From: an uncultured Leptospirales bacterium
GTDB taxonomy: Bacteria; Spirochaetota; UBA4802; UBA5550
Direction of reading: 5' to 3'
NCBI GenBank assembly: GCA_964491265.1
Contig: CAZBFP010000015.1
Coordinates: forward strand, 16,604-80,603
Length of the DNA: 64,000 nt
This document shows, in pieces, positions 1-10,873 of the stretch. Under the pieces are notes generated by a model. That model was not told where the DNA came from and did not search any database. It was given only the letters and a program-made list of their open reading frames with translations. How positions within the stretch are numbered: position 1 is the stretch's first letter; each line of letters begins with the position of its first letter. The position numbers and the translations under genes were made by a program.

Positions 1-1953
1 AAGTATGGCAAGCCCGTAAAACAGATTGACCTTACTTATATCTTTAAATGTGTTTTTAAGGCTCTTGTACGATTCCGGGTGCATAAGTGTATAGGATACC
101 TGTGCACCGTAAAGGATAATGAGTGCTGAAGCGTAGACCATGAGCAGGAAGAGTGGAAAAGCTGCAAGTGCCCCGTAAATAGCGAAAGTACCTGTTGCAA
201 AGGCTTTAACATAGTAGATAAAGAGGAGTATAAACAATACCCACACTGTTCCGGTAAAAGCCGCCCCTATGGATGAAAACCTGAATGGTACCCTTGTGTT
301 GGGGATTGTAGTATAGGCAAGAACAAAGAGGAGCCAGATAAAAAGAAAGGGGGCAAAGAAGTTTACAGCCATATTGACTATACTTTTTCCCGATCTGCCG
401 CTCCAGCTGTGGGCTCCTGCTGTAGAGTACTGAATTGTACCGGCATTACCTGCAGCCCAGATTTTGTCATCAGTCAGGAGAAGGGTGCTCACTTTGTTTG
501 AAGGTATTTTTTCGCTCCTCCAGGTTTCACCGCCGTTTATTGTACGGATAATCATGCCGTTTTCCCCGGCAATGTACCCTTCATTACTATTGAGAAAGAG
601 CATTGAATAAAAATTGTACTCCTTAAAATTACTTTGAGACCAGCTTAATCCTCTGTCGCTGCTGTGAAGAATTATCCCGTCATTCCCTGCAATCCACACA
701 TTATTTCTGTCCGGGAAATATACTGTATTCAGGTCAGGGAGTCTGTTTTTTCTTTTTGCTTCATTCACAGTTTTTGGTGTCCATGTTGCACCATAATCAC
801 CGGTATAGAGAATTTTACCCCTGGACCCGGTTATTATACCCGCATTCTGGTTGAAAGCGATTGATTTATAGCTCGTTGAAGGATCCTCTCCAAAAACTAC
901 CTGCCACTCCTTTCCCCCATCTTCAGTTTTAAGAACTATCCCTGAATCGGATACTGTAAAACCTCTTTCTGCTGTAATCATATGAATTTTGTTTAAACGT
1001 AAGTTTCCCCATTTGCTTAAAGACCAGGTTTTTCCGCCATTCTCAGTAATAAGAACAGTTCCTCTGTCCCCCACTATCCATCCCCTGTTGTTTATAAACT
1101 GGATATCGTTAAAATCATTTTTCATAAATGTTTCACGATCTATACGGGATTCATCTTCAATAAAAATCTGGTCTTCGCCTTTATAAAGAAAGACTTTCTG
1201 GTTTTCTATATCTATGGCTGTTTCAGCAATTGCCTGAAGCTTTATATCTGCAGGATTTCCTGTCATGATTGTGCCCTTGCTCCCTGCCACCCATAGAGTG
1301 TTGCTGTGAACAGCAATAGAGTTGTAGTTAGCTGAAGAGAAGGCTGTGGAGAGCTTTGTGGCTACAGTAGTTCCTGCAATAAGCATCACAGGACCAAGTG
1401 TAAGGATTGCCCAGTAGTATACTACTCTCTGAACAATAGATCGCTGTACTTTCACTTTCCAGATGTCATTAAGGGATTTCTCAATAGCCCGTAATGTTGC
1501 GGTTGCAGTGAAGAGCATTACCACAGCACCAATTCCCCCTATCCTTGCCGCATTATCGATAAGTCCCGATATTGCTTCGAAAAAGGGGTCGATGTTGATT
1601 TTAATGCTGTGTTCAACCATAAAGAGTGAAACCTCACGGAAAAGGTCGTCTTTTTTATTTTCAGCGCCGGAAAATACCGAGTAGAAAGTAAGAACAACCG
1701 TAAGAGCCGGTATGAGTGATATTATTGCTGTATAGGCTATAGCTGATGCTTTGGTAAAGCAGTCATCAATAATGAATTTTCTTGTGGCAACAACGAAAAT
1801 TTTTGCCGCATTAATAAATCGGTTGATTACATCATTTTCAAATGAATAGCCTTCATAAATTTTAATTATATGACTGATGAGCGACTGTTTTTTCTGGAAA
1901 AGAGATTCAATCTTAGTTCCAAGGGATAGTTTCAGTTTCTTTTTTTCTGACAT
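1..1953 (-). CDS. YihY/BrkB-family inner membrane protein with an inserted YCF48/BNR-like beta-propeller (3' end runs off the window)
   Basis: Manually translated open frame from ATG 1953 (SD GAGG upstream). YihY motifs DDCFTKASAIAYTAIISLIP, IEKSLNDIW, YYWAILTLGP, IPNTRVP, IYGALAAFPLFLL. Central repeats of the type GxILxTxDGGxTW. Absent from the ORF track because no stop lies within the window. Confidence 0.85.
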   Translation of the reverse strand, partial: MSEKKKLKLSLGTKIESLFQKKQSLISHIIKIYEGYSFENDVINRFINAAKIFVVATRKFIIDDCFTKASAIAYTAIISLIPALTVVLTFYSVFSGAENKKDDLFREVSLFMVEHSIKINIDPFFEAISGLIDNAARIGGIGAVVMLFTATATLRAIEKSLNDIWKVKVQRSIVQRVVYYWAILTLGPVMLIAGTTVATKLSTAFSSANYNSIAVHSNTLWVAGSKGTIMTGNPADIKLQAIAETAIDIENQKVFLYKGEDQIFIEDESRIDRETFMKNDFNDIQFINNRGWIVGDRGTVLITENGGKTWSLSKWGNLRLNKIHMITAERGFTVSDSGIVLKTEDGGKEWQVVFGEDPSTSYKSIAFNQNAGIITGSRGKILYTGDYGATWTPKTVNEAKRKNRLPDLNTVYFPDRNNVWIAGNDGIILHSSDRGLSWSQSNFKEYNFYSMLFLNSNEGYIAGENGMIIRTINGGETWRSEKIPSNKVSTLLLTDDKIWAAGNAGTIQYSTAGAHSWSGRSGKSIVNMAVNFFAPFLFIWLLFVLAYTTIPNTRVPFRFSSIGAAFTGTVWVLFILLFIYYVKAFATGTFAIYGALAAFPLFLLMVYASALIILYGAQVSYTLMHPESYKSLKNTFKDISKVNLFYGLAIL

Positions 1954-2124
1954 GTCATTGCCTCGCCGGGATTGTATATGTATATTTCTACAATATTAGT
2001 CCCTATGGTGTCAAGAAATAAGAGAAACAGAATGGGGTATTAGAGTATTTTGTTTTACAAAATGGTTAAGTAATTAACACTGGGAAATAATAGTAAAATC
2101 AGACAATCCTGAGGCTTTAATATT

Positions 2125-4263
2125 TTGAAAGTATGTATTGCGGAAAAACCGGGTGTTGCAAAAGAGATTGCCCGAATCCTGGGCGCCACAATAAAAAAAG
2201 ATGGCTATTTTGAAGGTAACGGCTACAGGGTAACCTGGACCTTTGGACATTTATGCTCACTAAAAGAGCCGGACGACTACACCCCTGAATGGAAAAGGTG
2301 GAGTCTCTCCACTCTCCCCATGCTCCCTGAAAAGTTTGATATAAAGGTAATAGCAAATCCAGGTGTAGGGAAGCAGTTTAAAATAATCAAATCTCTTTTT
2401 AATGATTGTGAAGAGGTGATAAACTGCGGTGATGCGGGGATAGAAGGGGAGCTTATTCAGCGCTGGGTCCTTAAAAAAACCGGATGCAGAAAACCTGTAA
2501 AGAGACTCTGGATTTCCTCACTCACTGAAGAGGCTATCAGAGAGGGTTTTACAAAGCTGAAAGAGGGGAGCGATTACGACCTCCTTTATGAGGCGGGGAA
2601 CTCCAGGGCAATTGGCGACTGGCTCCTTGGCATGAACGCTACCAGGCTCTACACACTGAAGTATGCAAACGGGAAGGGGGTTTTATCTGTAGGGCGGGTA
2701 CAGACCCCTACACTGGCGCTCATTGTTAAGCGGCATTATGAAATAGAAAATTTTTCTCCGGAAAAATACTGGGAGCTTAAAACCTTATACAGGGATGTGC
2801 TTTTTACTGCATCTGAGGGGAAGTTCAGCAGCGTGGATGAGGCGGATATTATTCTTCAGCGGATAAGAGAAAAGGATTTTACTGTAACATCATTCAGCAG
2901 GAAGAGGGGAACAGAGTCACCGCCCCCTTTATTCGATCTCACATCGCTTCAGGTGGAGTGCAATAAAAAATTCGGATTTTCCGCTGATAACACCCTGAAA
3001 ATTGTACAGAGTCTATACGAGAAAAAATTTGTCACCTATCCAAGGGTAGACACCAGATTTCTCCCTTCTGATATTTACCCTAAAATTCCGGGGATTCTAA
3101 AGGGGCTTAAGTCTTATGCAAAAGAGATCGAACCTTTATTGGGGGAGCCTGTAAGGAAAAGTAAAAAAGTTTTTGATGATGCAAAAGTTACAGACCATCA
3201 TGCAATCATACCCACAGGGGTAAATCCTCAGAATCTTCCTCCAAATGATGACAAAGTCTATGACCTTATTGTAAGGCGTTTTATAGCAGTATTTTATCCT
3301 GACTCTATTGTCTCCAATACTGTTGTTCTTGGAGAGTCGGAAGGCATTAAGTTTAAGGCATCAGGGCGGCAGATTATAGAAGAGGGGTGGCGCGTTTTAT
3401 TCCCCAGACAGGAGAAAAAGGAGAATGATGAGGAAGCACAGATAATACCTGAATTTGTAAAGGGTGAATCAGGGCCCCATGAACCGAAGATTACGGAAAA
3501 GGAGACAAAGCCGCCAAAACATCATACTGAGGCAACACTGCTCCGGGCAATGGAAACAGCGGGAAAATGGTCTGATGATGAGGATATACGCGATGCAATG
3601 AAGGATAACGGAATAGGGCGTCCTTCAACACGGGCCGGAATAATTGAAACACTGTTCAAGCGCAGCTATATTAAACGTGAAAAAAAGAATATAGTCGCCA
3701 CAGCAACAGGGATACAGCTTATTGATACAATAGAAAACGATCTTCTCAAGTCTGTGGAGCTTACCGGAATCTGGGAGGGGAAACTCCGCAGCATAGAGCG
3801 GGGTGTGCATAAGTCTTCAGACTTCCTTGCAGAGATGAAAAGCATGGTGGAGTCCCTTGTTGCAGATGTAAAGAAAGAGAGCGGCAAAAAGATAGATCTG
3901 TCCGGCAAAAAGAAGCCGGCAAAGGGGCAAGGCAATGCATCAACCGGTTCTTCTAAAGTAAAAAAAGCTCCGGCTCCATCTGCCAAAGCCCGTTCAGCTT
4001 CAGGGGCTGAGCCCCGATCGATTAATCCATCTGCAGGTCTTTCATCTCCACCTGCCGGAGTACCATCTCAGGGTCAGTCACTTCTGGTATGCCCTGTATG
4101 CGGTAAAGGTAATATGATAAGGGGACGCGCCGCATTCGGGTGTAACCGATACAGGGAGGGATGCAGATTTATAATCCCCTTCGAACAGCTCCGCAGAGAT
4201 TTTAATACAGAAGAGCTCACAGGGGAGATACTGGAAAAAGTTTACAGGGCTTCTCTGAAGTAA
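2125..4263 (+). CDS. topB: DNA topoisomerase III (type IA)
   Basis: Toprim IAEKP, GHL, DAGIEGE, GRVQTPT, catalytic TYPRVD, GIGRPSTRA; C-terminal CPVCG zinc ribbon after a low-complexity linker. Confidence 0.95.
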   Translation: MKVCIAEKPGVAKEIARILGATIKKDGYFEGNGYRVTWTFGHLCSLKEPDDYTPEWKRWSLSTLPMLPEKFDIKVIANPGVGKQFKIIKSLFNDCEEVINCGDAGIEGELIQRWVLKKTGCRKPVKRLWISSLTEEAIREGFTKLKEGSDYDLLYEAGNSRAIGDWLLGMNATRLYTLKYANGKGVLSVGRVQTPTLALIVKRHYEIENFSPEKYWELKTLYRDVLFTASEGKFSSVDEADIILQRIREKDFTVTSFSRKRGTESPPPLFDLTSLQVECNKKFGFSADNTLKIVQSLYEKKFVTYPRVDTRFLPSDIYPKIPGILKGLKSYAKEIEPLLGEPVRKSKKVFDDAKVTDHHAIIPTGVNPQNLPPNDDKVYDLIVRRFIAVFYPDSIVSNTVVLGESEGIKFKASGRQIIEEGWRVLFPRQEKKENDEEAQIIPEFVKGESGPHEPKITEKETKPPKHHTEATLLRAMETAGKWSDDEDIRDAMKDNGIGRPSTRAGIIETLFKRSYIKREKKNIVATATGIQLIDTIENDLLKSVELTGIWEGKLRSIERGVHKSSDFLAEMKSMVESLVADVKKESGKKIDLSGKKKPAKGQGNASTGSSKVKKAPAPSAKARSASGAEPRSINPSAGLSSPPAGVPSQGQSLLVCPVCGKGNMIRGRAAFGCNRYREGCRFIIPFEQLRRDFNTEELTGEILEKVYRASLK

Positions 4264-4395
4264 AGAGAAGCCTGCAGCGGTATCAGAACCTGCCGGTGAA
4301 TCAGCTGCAGGAATCAGCTGCAGAATTGTCCGGCATATTCTGATATTTAACCAAAGTTATGAAGCGCGACAAAAAAGTCTTTTCTGCAGATAAAA

Positions 4396-4409
4396 GTACA
4401 ATTTTGTAC
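4396..4409. promoter_or_regulatory. Candidate enhancer (UAS) for a sigma54 activator, GTAC-N6-GTAC
   Basis: GTACAATTTTGTAC dyad about 170 bp upstream of the amtB -24/-12 promoter. Related ACA-N4-TGT cores near 4525 and 6377. Confidence 0.5.
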
Positions 4410-4581
4410 TATTCTTTATAGCCGATTCCTCAACTTCAGTCCATAATAGCCGCACCTGGGCATACGAATCTTTATTATATAAAATCTTTTCTGCAGCATT
4501 GAAGCTTCTTGATTCCCTCAATGTTACAGACCTGTAAACTAAAACCTTTTCGTCAACTCCCCATTCTGCTCCTCTGAATTC

Positions 4582-4597
4582 TGGCACAGAACATGCT
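4582..4597 (+). promoter_or_regulatory. Sigma54 (-24/-12) promoter of amtB-glnK
   Basis: TGGCACAGAACATGCT: GG and GC separated by exactly 10 bp, about 40 bp upstream of the amtB start. Confidence 0.8.
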
Positions 4598-4635
4598 TTA
4601 ATAACAGGTAAAGTATAAACAGCGCAGGAGGAAAC

Positions 4636-5976
4636 ATGCGACAGATTACTAAAATTATAACAGCAGCAGGCATCACTCTTTTACCGGGGTTGTTGTTTGC
4701 AGCTGAAACTGTGGAGCTTGCAGCAAAGGCAGAAGCTGCCATATCGGGCGCTGAGGCAATGTTTGCGGTTAACAACACATGGATGCTTGTATCTACAATT
4801 CTGGTTTTTATCATGCATCTCGGATTTGCCTCTCTTGAGGCAGGTTTATCAAGGGCGAAAAATACAGTTAATATTCTTTTTAAGAATACTGCTATTATTT
4901 CGATTGGAATATTGACCTATGCGGTTATGGGATTTAATCTCATGTACCCGGGTGATTTTTCTTTTGGAGCCTTTTTCGGCTTTGCAGGTTTCGGTATAGC
5001 CAGTCCTGAAGGGGCTGCAGGATTAATTGAGTATGCTGATGGAGCCTATACATACTGGACTGATTTTATTTTCCAGGCAATGTTCGCGGCAACTGCAGCG
5101 ACAATTGTATCCGGGGCGGTTGCAGAGAGGATTAAGCTGGGGAGTTTTCTTATTTTCAGTACAATCTATGTGGCTCTCATATATCCCTGGGCAGGGAGCT
5201 GGCACTGGGGCGGCGGATGGTTAAGTGAAATTGGCTTTCACGATTTCGCCGGATCTACACTTGTTCATTCTGTGGGGGGCTGGGCAGCCCTGGCAGGGGT
5301 TATGCTTCTGGGGCCCCGTATAGGGAAATATGTAAATGGTACAGTAAAACCGATAATGGGCCATAATATGCCCCTTGCTACAATTGGTGTTTTTCTGCTC
5401 TGGTTCGGATGGTTCGGCTTTAACGGCGGTTCGGTTCTCTCTGCTGATCCTGGCGGTGTCTCTCTTGTATTTGTTACAACTGCACTTGCTGCTTCAGCCG
5501 GTGTAATGGGTGCCATGTGTCTCTCATGGATAATACAGAAGAAGCCTGACCTTTCAATGGCTTTAAATGGTGCACTGGCCGGACTTGTGGGTATTACTGC
5601 AGGCGCGGATGTGATTACACCAATGGGTTCAATAATAGTAGGTCTCATAGCGGGCTTTATCGTGGTAATATCTGTAATATCATTTGATAAGCTTAAGCTT
5701 GATGACCCGGTAGGTGCAATTTCTGTTCACCTGGTATGCGGTATATGGGGAACTCTGGCAGTGGGAATTTTCAGCTCAGAGCATTCTTTCCTCGTGCAGT
5801 TTATGGGAGTAGCGGCTTATGGTGCAGCAAGCTTCATTTCCGCTTATGCTATATTTGCAGTATTAAAAGCGACTGCCGGTTTAAGGGTAACCAGAGAAGA
5901 GGAACTGAAAGGTCTGGATATTGCAGAACATGGCATGGAATCCTATAGCGGATTCCAGATATTCAGGAATCAATAA
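4636..5976 (+). CDS. amtB: Ammonium transporter
   Basis: [45 protein letters not shown] motifs; SD GGAGG. Confidence 0.97.
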   Translation: MRQITKIITAAGITLLPGLLFAAETVELAAKAEAAISGAEAMFAVNNTWMLVSTILVFIMHLGFASLEAGLSRAKNTVNILFKNTAIISIGILTYAVMGFNLMYPGDFSFGAFFGFAGFGIASPEGAAGLIEYADGAYTYWTDFIFQAMFAATAATIVSGAVAERIKLGSFLIFSTIYVALIYPWAGSWHWGGGWLSEIGFHDFAGSTLVHSVGGWAALAGVMLLGPRIGKYVNGTVKPIMGHNMPLATIGVFLLWFGWFGFNGGSVLSADPGGVSLVFVTTALAASAGVMGAMCLSWIIQKKPDLSMALNGALAGLVGITAGADVITPMGSIIVGLIAGFIVVISVISFDKLKLDDPVGAISVHLVCGIWGTLAVGIFSSEHSFLVQFMGVAAYGAASFISAYAIFAVLKATAGLRVTREEELKGLDIAEHGMESYSGFQIFRNQ

Positions 5977-5987
5977 GGGGGGATGGA

Positions 5988-6329
5988 ATGAAACTTATAA
6001 TAGCTTATATACAGCCGGAAAAGCTGGATGATGTAAAGCAGGCTTTGATTGAAGAGGATGTGGCAAAGATGTCTGTAACCACTTCCCTGGGGTGCGGTAA
6101 ACAGGGGGGATATACCGAAACATATCGTGGAGCAGAGGTTGAGATTAATCTGCTCCAGAAGCTGAGGCTTGAAATAGCAGTGAATGATGATTTTGTCGAT
6201 AAAACGGTTAAGGCCATAATTAAAGGGGCAAAAACCGGTAATATCGGAGACGGGAAAATATTTATCCTTAACCTGGAAAACTGTATTAGAATCAGGACAG
6301 GGGAGGAAGGACCGGAAGCAATCGGTTAA
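5988..6329 (+). CDS. glnK: PII nitrogen regulatory protein
   Basis: T-loop [22 protein letters not shown]; directly follows amtB. Confidence 0.95.
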   Translation: MKLIIAYIQPEKLDDVKQALIEEDVAKMSVTTSLGCGKQGGYTETYRGAEVEINLLQKLRLEIAVNDDFVDKTVKAIIKGAKTGNIGDGKIFILNLENCIRIRTGEEGPEAIG

Positions 6330-6338
6330 TAATATAAC

Positions 6339-6376
6339 AATTTATGCGGGGAGCAGCTTATCTCTCCGCATAAATT
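6339..6376 (+). terminator. Hairpin after glnK, probable terminator
   Basis: AATTTATGCGG...CCGCATAAATT inverted repeat. Confidence 0.6.
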
Positions 6377-6433
6377 ACAAAATTGTTAAATTCTCTAATC
6401 AAAAGAACATTCTGTGAAAAAATACTTTGATTT

Positions 6434-6470
6434 AACCCTGATTCTGTTTAATGGATATCAGGGTTTTTTT
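6434..6470 (+). terminator. Intrinsic terminator-like hairpin upstream of the NifA-like gene
   Basis: AACCCTGAT...ATCAGGGTT followed by a T-run. Confidence 0.55.
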
Positions 6471-6549
6471 ATTTTATTGAAATGCTATAGTTTACGGAAG
6501 CTTCAAGCTTGAGTTTTCATGAAGCTTATTAAAATCTCAGGTTAAGTGT

Positions 6550-8124
6550 ATGAATATGAATATAAATCATAACAGGCAGACAGGGATTCTTGAGCAGATA
6601 GGGATTGAGTTTCTCAGAGGGAACGAGAATATCAATCTTCTTCTTGATAATGTATTTAAGATTTTTTCCCCCCACTATAAGATTGAAAGGGGTATGATAA
6701 ACATATATAATCAGGATGATGACAGTATTGAGGCTGATGTTTACCAGGGATATACAGATGATGAGGTGAGCAGGAGTGTATACAGGCCTGGTGAGGGTAT
6801 TATAGGGACTGTATTTAAAACCGGTAAACCTGTAATTATAATGGATATCAAATCTGAGCCCCGTTTTTTAAACAGGACTGGAGCGCGAAAAGTTGGGAGC
6901 GACGACAGGGTTTCTTTCATTTGTGTCCCGGTCTTGCTTAACAATTCTGTTATTGGTACTATATCTGTTGATATGATTAATAATGAAGAGAAAGACCTGA
7001 ATGAGGAATTCCTGGTACTCACAACAATATCAATAATGATAGCTCAATTTCTCAAAAACAGAATCGATATAATAGAGAGTGAAAGGAAACTCCGTCAGGA
7101 GAATGAGGCTTTAAGAAAAAAACTTTCCAGCAGCTCGGTACAGGGTAAAATAATCGGGCGCTCAAAGGTTATGCGTGAGGTCTATGAAAAGATACTTCTG
7201 GTTTCTGAAACAGATACCACTGTTCTTATTACAGGTGAAAGCGGAACAGGTAAGGAACTTATTGCGGATGCTATTCATAATAGCAGCAGAAGAAAAAACG
7301 GCCCCTTTGTAAAAGTGAATATCGCTGCTCTTCCGAAAAATCTTATTGAGTCGGAACTTTTCGGTTACGAAAAGGGGGCCTTTACCGGTGCGGATAAAAC
7401 AAGAAAAGGTAAATTTGAATCAGCCTGCGGAGGTACAATTTTTCTCGATGAAATAGGTGATCTTGATATTTCATTGCAGGTTCACCTTCTCCGGGTATTG
7501 CAGCAGAAGTCTTTTGAAAGGGTCGGGGGAACAGAAACCATCCCTCTTGATGTACGGGTGATTGCAGCAACACATCAGAACCTTGAGGAGAAGATACGGA
7601 ACCGTGAATTCAGGGAGGACCTTTACTACAGGCTCAATGTGTTTCCCATATATGCACCTGAGTTGCGGTCCCGTAAAACCGATATTATTCTGCTTGCTGA
7701 TCATTTCCTGGAGCTCTATTCTCTTAAGTTTTCCAGGAAGATTAAAAGAATTAGTACAGACGCCATTAATCTTCTGGCCAGTTACCACTGGCCCGGCAAT
7801 GTGCGCGAACTTGAAAACGGTATGGAGAGGGCTGTGATCCTCTGCAATGAAGAGGTTGTAAGGAATTATCATCTCCCCCCCTCTCTCCAGATAGCAGATA
7901 AAGCTGCTCCGGTTCAGGGTAACCTGGAGGAGATGACACAGATGTTTGAAAAGGAGCTGATTATTGACAGCCTGAAAATGAGCAGGGGGAACATCTCTCT
8001 GGCTGCAGCTGAGCTTGGAACAACAAAGCGGATATTAAATTATAAAATCGGGAAGATGGGTATAGATTACAGGGAGTTCCGGAAAAATTATACTGACAGA
8101 TATATGGACAGGCAGCATGCCTGA
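6550..8124 (+). CDS. NifA-like sigma54-dependent activator (GAF-AAA+-Fis HTH)
   Basis: N-terminal GAF (GEGIIGTV...EPRFLNRTG), [37 protein letters not shown]-terminal HTH. Confidence 0.92.
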   Translation: MNMNINHNRQTGILEQIGIEFLRGNENINLLLDNVFKIFSPHYKIERGMINIYNQDDDSIEADVYQGYTDDEVSRSVYRPGEGIIGTVFKTGKPVIIMDIKSEPRFLNRTGARKVGSDDRVSFICVPVLLNNSVIGTISVDMINNEEKDLNEEFLVLTTISIMIAQFLKNRIDIIESERKLRQENEALRKKLSSSSVQGKIIGRSKVMREVYEKILLVSETDTTVLITGESGTGKELIADAIHNSSRRKNGPFVKVNIAALPKNLIESELFGYEKGAFTGADKTRKGKFESACGGTIFLDEIGDLDISLQVHLLRVLQQKSFERVGGTETIPLDVRVIAATHQNLEEKIRNREFREDLYYRLNVFPIYAPELRSRKTDIILLADHFLELYSLKFSRKIKRISTDAINLLASYHWPGNVRELENGMERAVILCNEEVVRNYHLPPSLQIADKAAPVQGNLEEMTQMFEKELIIDSLKMSRGNISLAAAELGTTKRILNYKIGKMGIDYREFRKNYTDRYMDRQHA

Positions 8125-8326
8125 TTTGAGTTATTTTAAATCCCACTTGAAAATTCTCTCTGGATTATCAGGGATATTTTTCACTGTTATAGTAATGAGT
8201 ATTATGCATATTTCAACTTACTAATTGATATCTGGATGAAGAGAGTTGGATATCCATGGGAAAAACAAAAAAATTTTTAATATTTCTGGGAATTAATTTT
8301 TTAAACAGTATATTTATTATAATATT

Positions 8327-8446
8327 TTAGTAAAAATTCTAAAACTTTTTTGTAAAAAAGTATCTGTTCTCCCTGCATTTGGAAACGGCAGAGATATATA
8401 GCTTAAAGTTTTCCCACTGAAATAGATGCTCAGGAATTAGCATTGA
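8327..8446 (-). mobile_element. Family A MITE-like element, degenerate copy
   Basis: End CAGGAATTAGCATTGA and arm CACTGAAATAGATGCTCAGGAA match other copies; flanks TAATATT/TAATAAT. Confidence 0.55.
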
Positions 8447-8476
8447 TAATAATCATAAATTATTAAGGAGTTTTAT

Positions 8477-8587
8477 ATGTTGTACATATGCCCGATGAAA
8501 TGTGAAGGTGAGAAAACATATCCGGAAGCGGTGAAATGCCCTGTGTGTGGTATGAAGCTGAAACCTGCTGAAGAAAAGGCTAAATAG
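8477..8587 (+). CDS. 36-aa standalone heavy-metal-binding-domain peptide
   Basis: SD AAGGAG; [36 protein letters not shown]; stop codon abuts the copA ATG; near-copy of a motif in the CopA N-terminus. Confidence 0.8.
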   Translation: MLYICPMKCEGEKTYPEAVKCPVCGMKLKPAEEKAK

Positions 8588-10855
8588 ATGGCAAAACAAA
8601 ATATTAAACATAACCATGCCGCGTGTATCTGCGGTGATCACGACTGCAGCAGAAAATGCGAAATAAACTGTCAGTGTGCTTTTCAGGAGATGAATCTCAA
8701 TTCGGGGATTAAAATTGTAACCGGAGAGAAAGCTCAAAGCGGAAAATATATCTGTCCAATGCGCTGTGAAGGGGAGAAAACTTATCCTGAACCTGGTGAC
8801 TGTCCTGTTTGCGGAATGCATCTTGATAAGATTGTAGTTTTTGGAGCACCGCCTGATGAAAAAGAAGATGAAATGGAAGCCTATTATTTAATGAAAAGGC
8901 GATTCATTATTGCACTGATCTCTTCATTTCCAGTTTTTATTCTTGCAATGGGTGGAGTTATTCCTGGACTGAAAGATGTTCTTGCGGGTCTTGTTTCACA
9001 TCGACTTAATCTGCATATTCAGTTTATTTTTACATTCCCGGTTGTTTTTTACTCGGGGTTTTTTATTTATCTGAAAGGTTTTAAAAGCATTTTAACTTTA
9101 AACCTGAATATGTTTACACTTATCGCTATTGGTACAGGGGCAGCCTGGATTTACAGTATTGCCGGTGCATTTTTCCCGGAATTTTTCCCGGAAGCTTTAT
9201 TAAATGAGAATGGCACGATCGAACTCTATTTTGAAGCTACTGTTGTCATATTAACACTTGTAATTCTGGGGCAGATGCTTGAAATGCTTGCTCATGCCAA
9301 AACTAATAGAGCTGTGAAGGAACTGTTAAATCTTGTACCTGCTGTTGCTCTGGTAATCAGAGACGGGGTGGAAGTGGAGATTCCTTTATACTCTGTGATT
9401 GTTAATGACCGCGTCAAGGTAAAACCAGGGGATAAGATACCTGTTGACGGAAGCCTGATAGAGGGGAACAGCGTTGTTGATGAATCGATGATAACAGGTG
9501 AACCGATCCCGGTAGAGAAAAATCCCGGAGATAAAGTCACCGGCGGTACAATAAATATGAACGGCAGTTTTATAATGCTCGCGGAAAAAGTGGGAAGCGA
9601 CACTCTTTTGTCGAGAATAATAGAGATGGTTAATGAAGCTTCCAGATCCAAAGCTCCAATTCAGAAAATGGTTGATATAGTGTCAAAATATTTTGTTGTG
9701 GCGGTTTTAGCGTTCTCTGCTTTGACATTCATAATATGGGGTTCTGTTTTAGGGAGATGGGATCTTGGTTTTGTTTACGCCATATCTGTCCTGATTATTG
9801 CATGTCCATGTGCGCTTGGCCTGGCCACGCCTGTTTCAATTATGGTGGGGATGGGTAAAGGTGCAAAGTATGGAATCCTTATCAAGAACGCTTCTGCCCT
9901 GGAGCAGATGAGGAAGGTGAACACAATCCTGGTGGACAAGACAGGAACTCTCACTGCCGGGAAGCCGGAATTACAGGTATTCAAAAGTATCGGCGGCTTC
10001 AGTGATAACGAGATACTGCAGTTCGCGGCATCAGTAGATAATAACAGCAATCATCCCCTTGCAAATACAATTGTGAATTCTGCAAAAGAAAAGAATATAA
10101 ATCTGCTTGAAATTAAGGAATTTAACACCCTGAATGGTATGGGTGTAACAGCAGTTGTAAGCGGTAAAGAAATTGCAGTCGGTAACGAGAAACTGCTGAA
10201 CCATCTTCATGTCAGTTCATTCCCCGATATGACAGAAGTTGAAGGTCTTAGAAAAAAAGGACACACAGTTATGTTTGTCGTAGTAGATAAAAAAGCAGAG
10301 GGTATAATAAGTGTTTCCGACCCCATAAAAGCAAGTACACCAAATGCAGTTGAAGAGCTCCACCGTCGTAAGGTGCAAGTCATTATGCTGACAGGGGATA
10401 ATGAAACTACTGCAGAATCGGTTGCAATAGAGTTAAAGCTTGATGGCTTTCAGGCGGACTGCCTTCCGGAGGATAAATATAATAAGGTTAAATTGCTGCA
10501 GCAGTCTGGAGCCATTATCGGAATGGCAGGCGACGGGATTAATGATGCACCGGCACTCACTCAGGCTGATGTTGGTATAGCTATGGGAACCGGTACTGAT
10601 GTGGCCATGGAGAGCGCATCAATTACCCTGGTTAAGGGAGATCTATCCGGAATTTCGAGGGCGAAAACCTTAAGTGTTCTTGTGATGCGCAATATCAGGC
10701 AGAATCTTTTCTTTGCTTTTATTTACAATACAATAGGTATACCAATAGCCGCAGCCGGACTGCTGAATCCCGCTATCGCCGGACTTGCAATGATACTGAG
10801 TTCACTGTCTGTACTGATAAATGCTTTGCGGATTCAAAGTACCAGTTTAGATTAG
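8588..10855 (+). CDS. copA: Cu(I)-translocating P1B-type ATPase
   Basis: [23 protein letters not shown] and MxxSS motifs; N-terminal Cys/His-rich segment and CPMxC...CPVCGM domain. Confidence 0.93.
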   Translation: MAKQNIKHNHAACICGDHDCSRKCEINCQCAFQEMNLNSGIKIVTGEKAQSGKYICPMRCEGEKTYPEPGDCPVCGMHLDKIVVFGAPPDEKEDEMEAYYLMKRRFIIALISSFPVFILAMGGVIPGLKDVLAGLVSHRLNLHIQFIFTFPVVFYSGFFIYLKGFKSILTLNLNMFTLIAIGTGAAWIYSIAGAFFPEFFPEALLNENGTIELYFEATVVILTLVILGQMLEMLAHAKTNRAVKELLNLVPAVALVIRDGVEVEIPLYSVIVNDRVKVKPGDKIPVDGSLIEGNSVVDESMITGEPIPVEKNPGDKVTGGTINMNGSFIMLAEKVGSDTLLSRIIEMVNEASRSKAPIQKMVDIVSKYFVVAVLAFSALTFIIWGSVLGRWDLGFVYAISVLIIACPCALGLATPVSIMVGMGKGAKYGILIKNASALEQMRKVNTILVDKTGTLTAGKPELQVFKSIGGFSDNEILQFAASVDNNSNHPLANTIVNSAKEKNINLLEIKEFNTLNGMGVTAVVSGKEIAVGNEKLLNHLHVSSFPDMTEVEGLRKKGHTVMFVVVDKKAEGIISVSDPIKASTPNAVEELHRRKVQVIMLTGDNETTAESVAIELKLDGFQADCLPEDKYNKVKLLQQSGAIIGMAGDGINDAPALTQADVGIAMGTGTDVAMESASITLVKGDLSGISRAKTLSVLVMRNIRQNLFFAFIYNTIGIPIAAAGLLNPAIAGLAMILSSLSVLINALRIQSTSLD

Positions 10856-10873
10856 AAAAAAAATTAAAAGAAT

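Noticed and set aside
664-1684. Short plus-strand ORFs in the track
   Set aside because: Antisense shadows of the long minus-strand YihY gene.
6550-8124. Calling the activator nifA and inferring nitrogen fixation
   Set aside because: No nif structural genes and no clear TGT-N10-ACA site near the promoter in this window.
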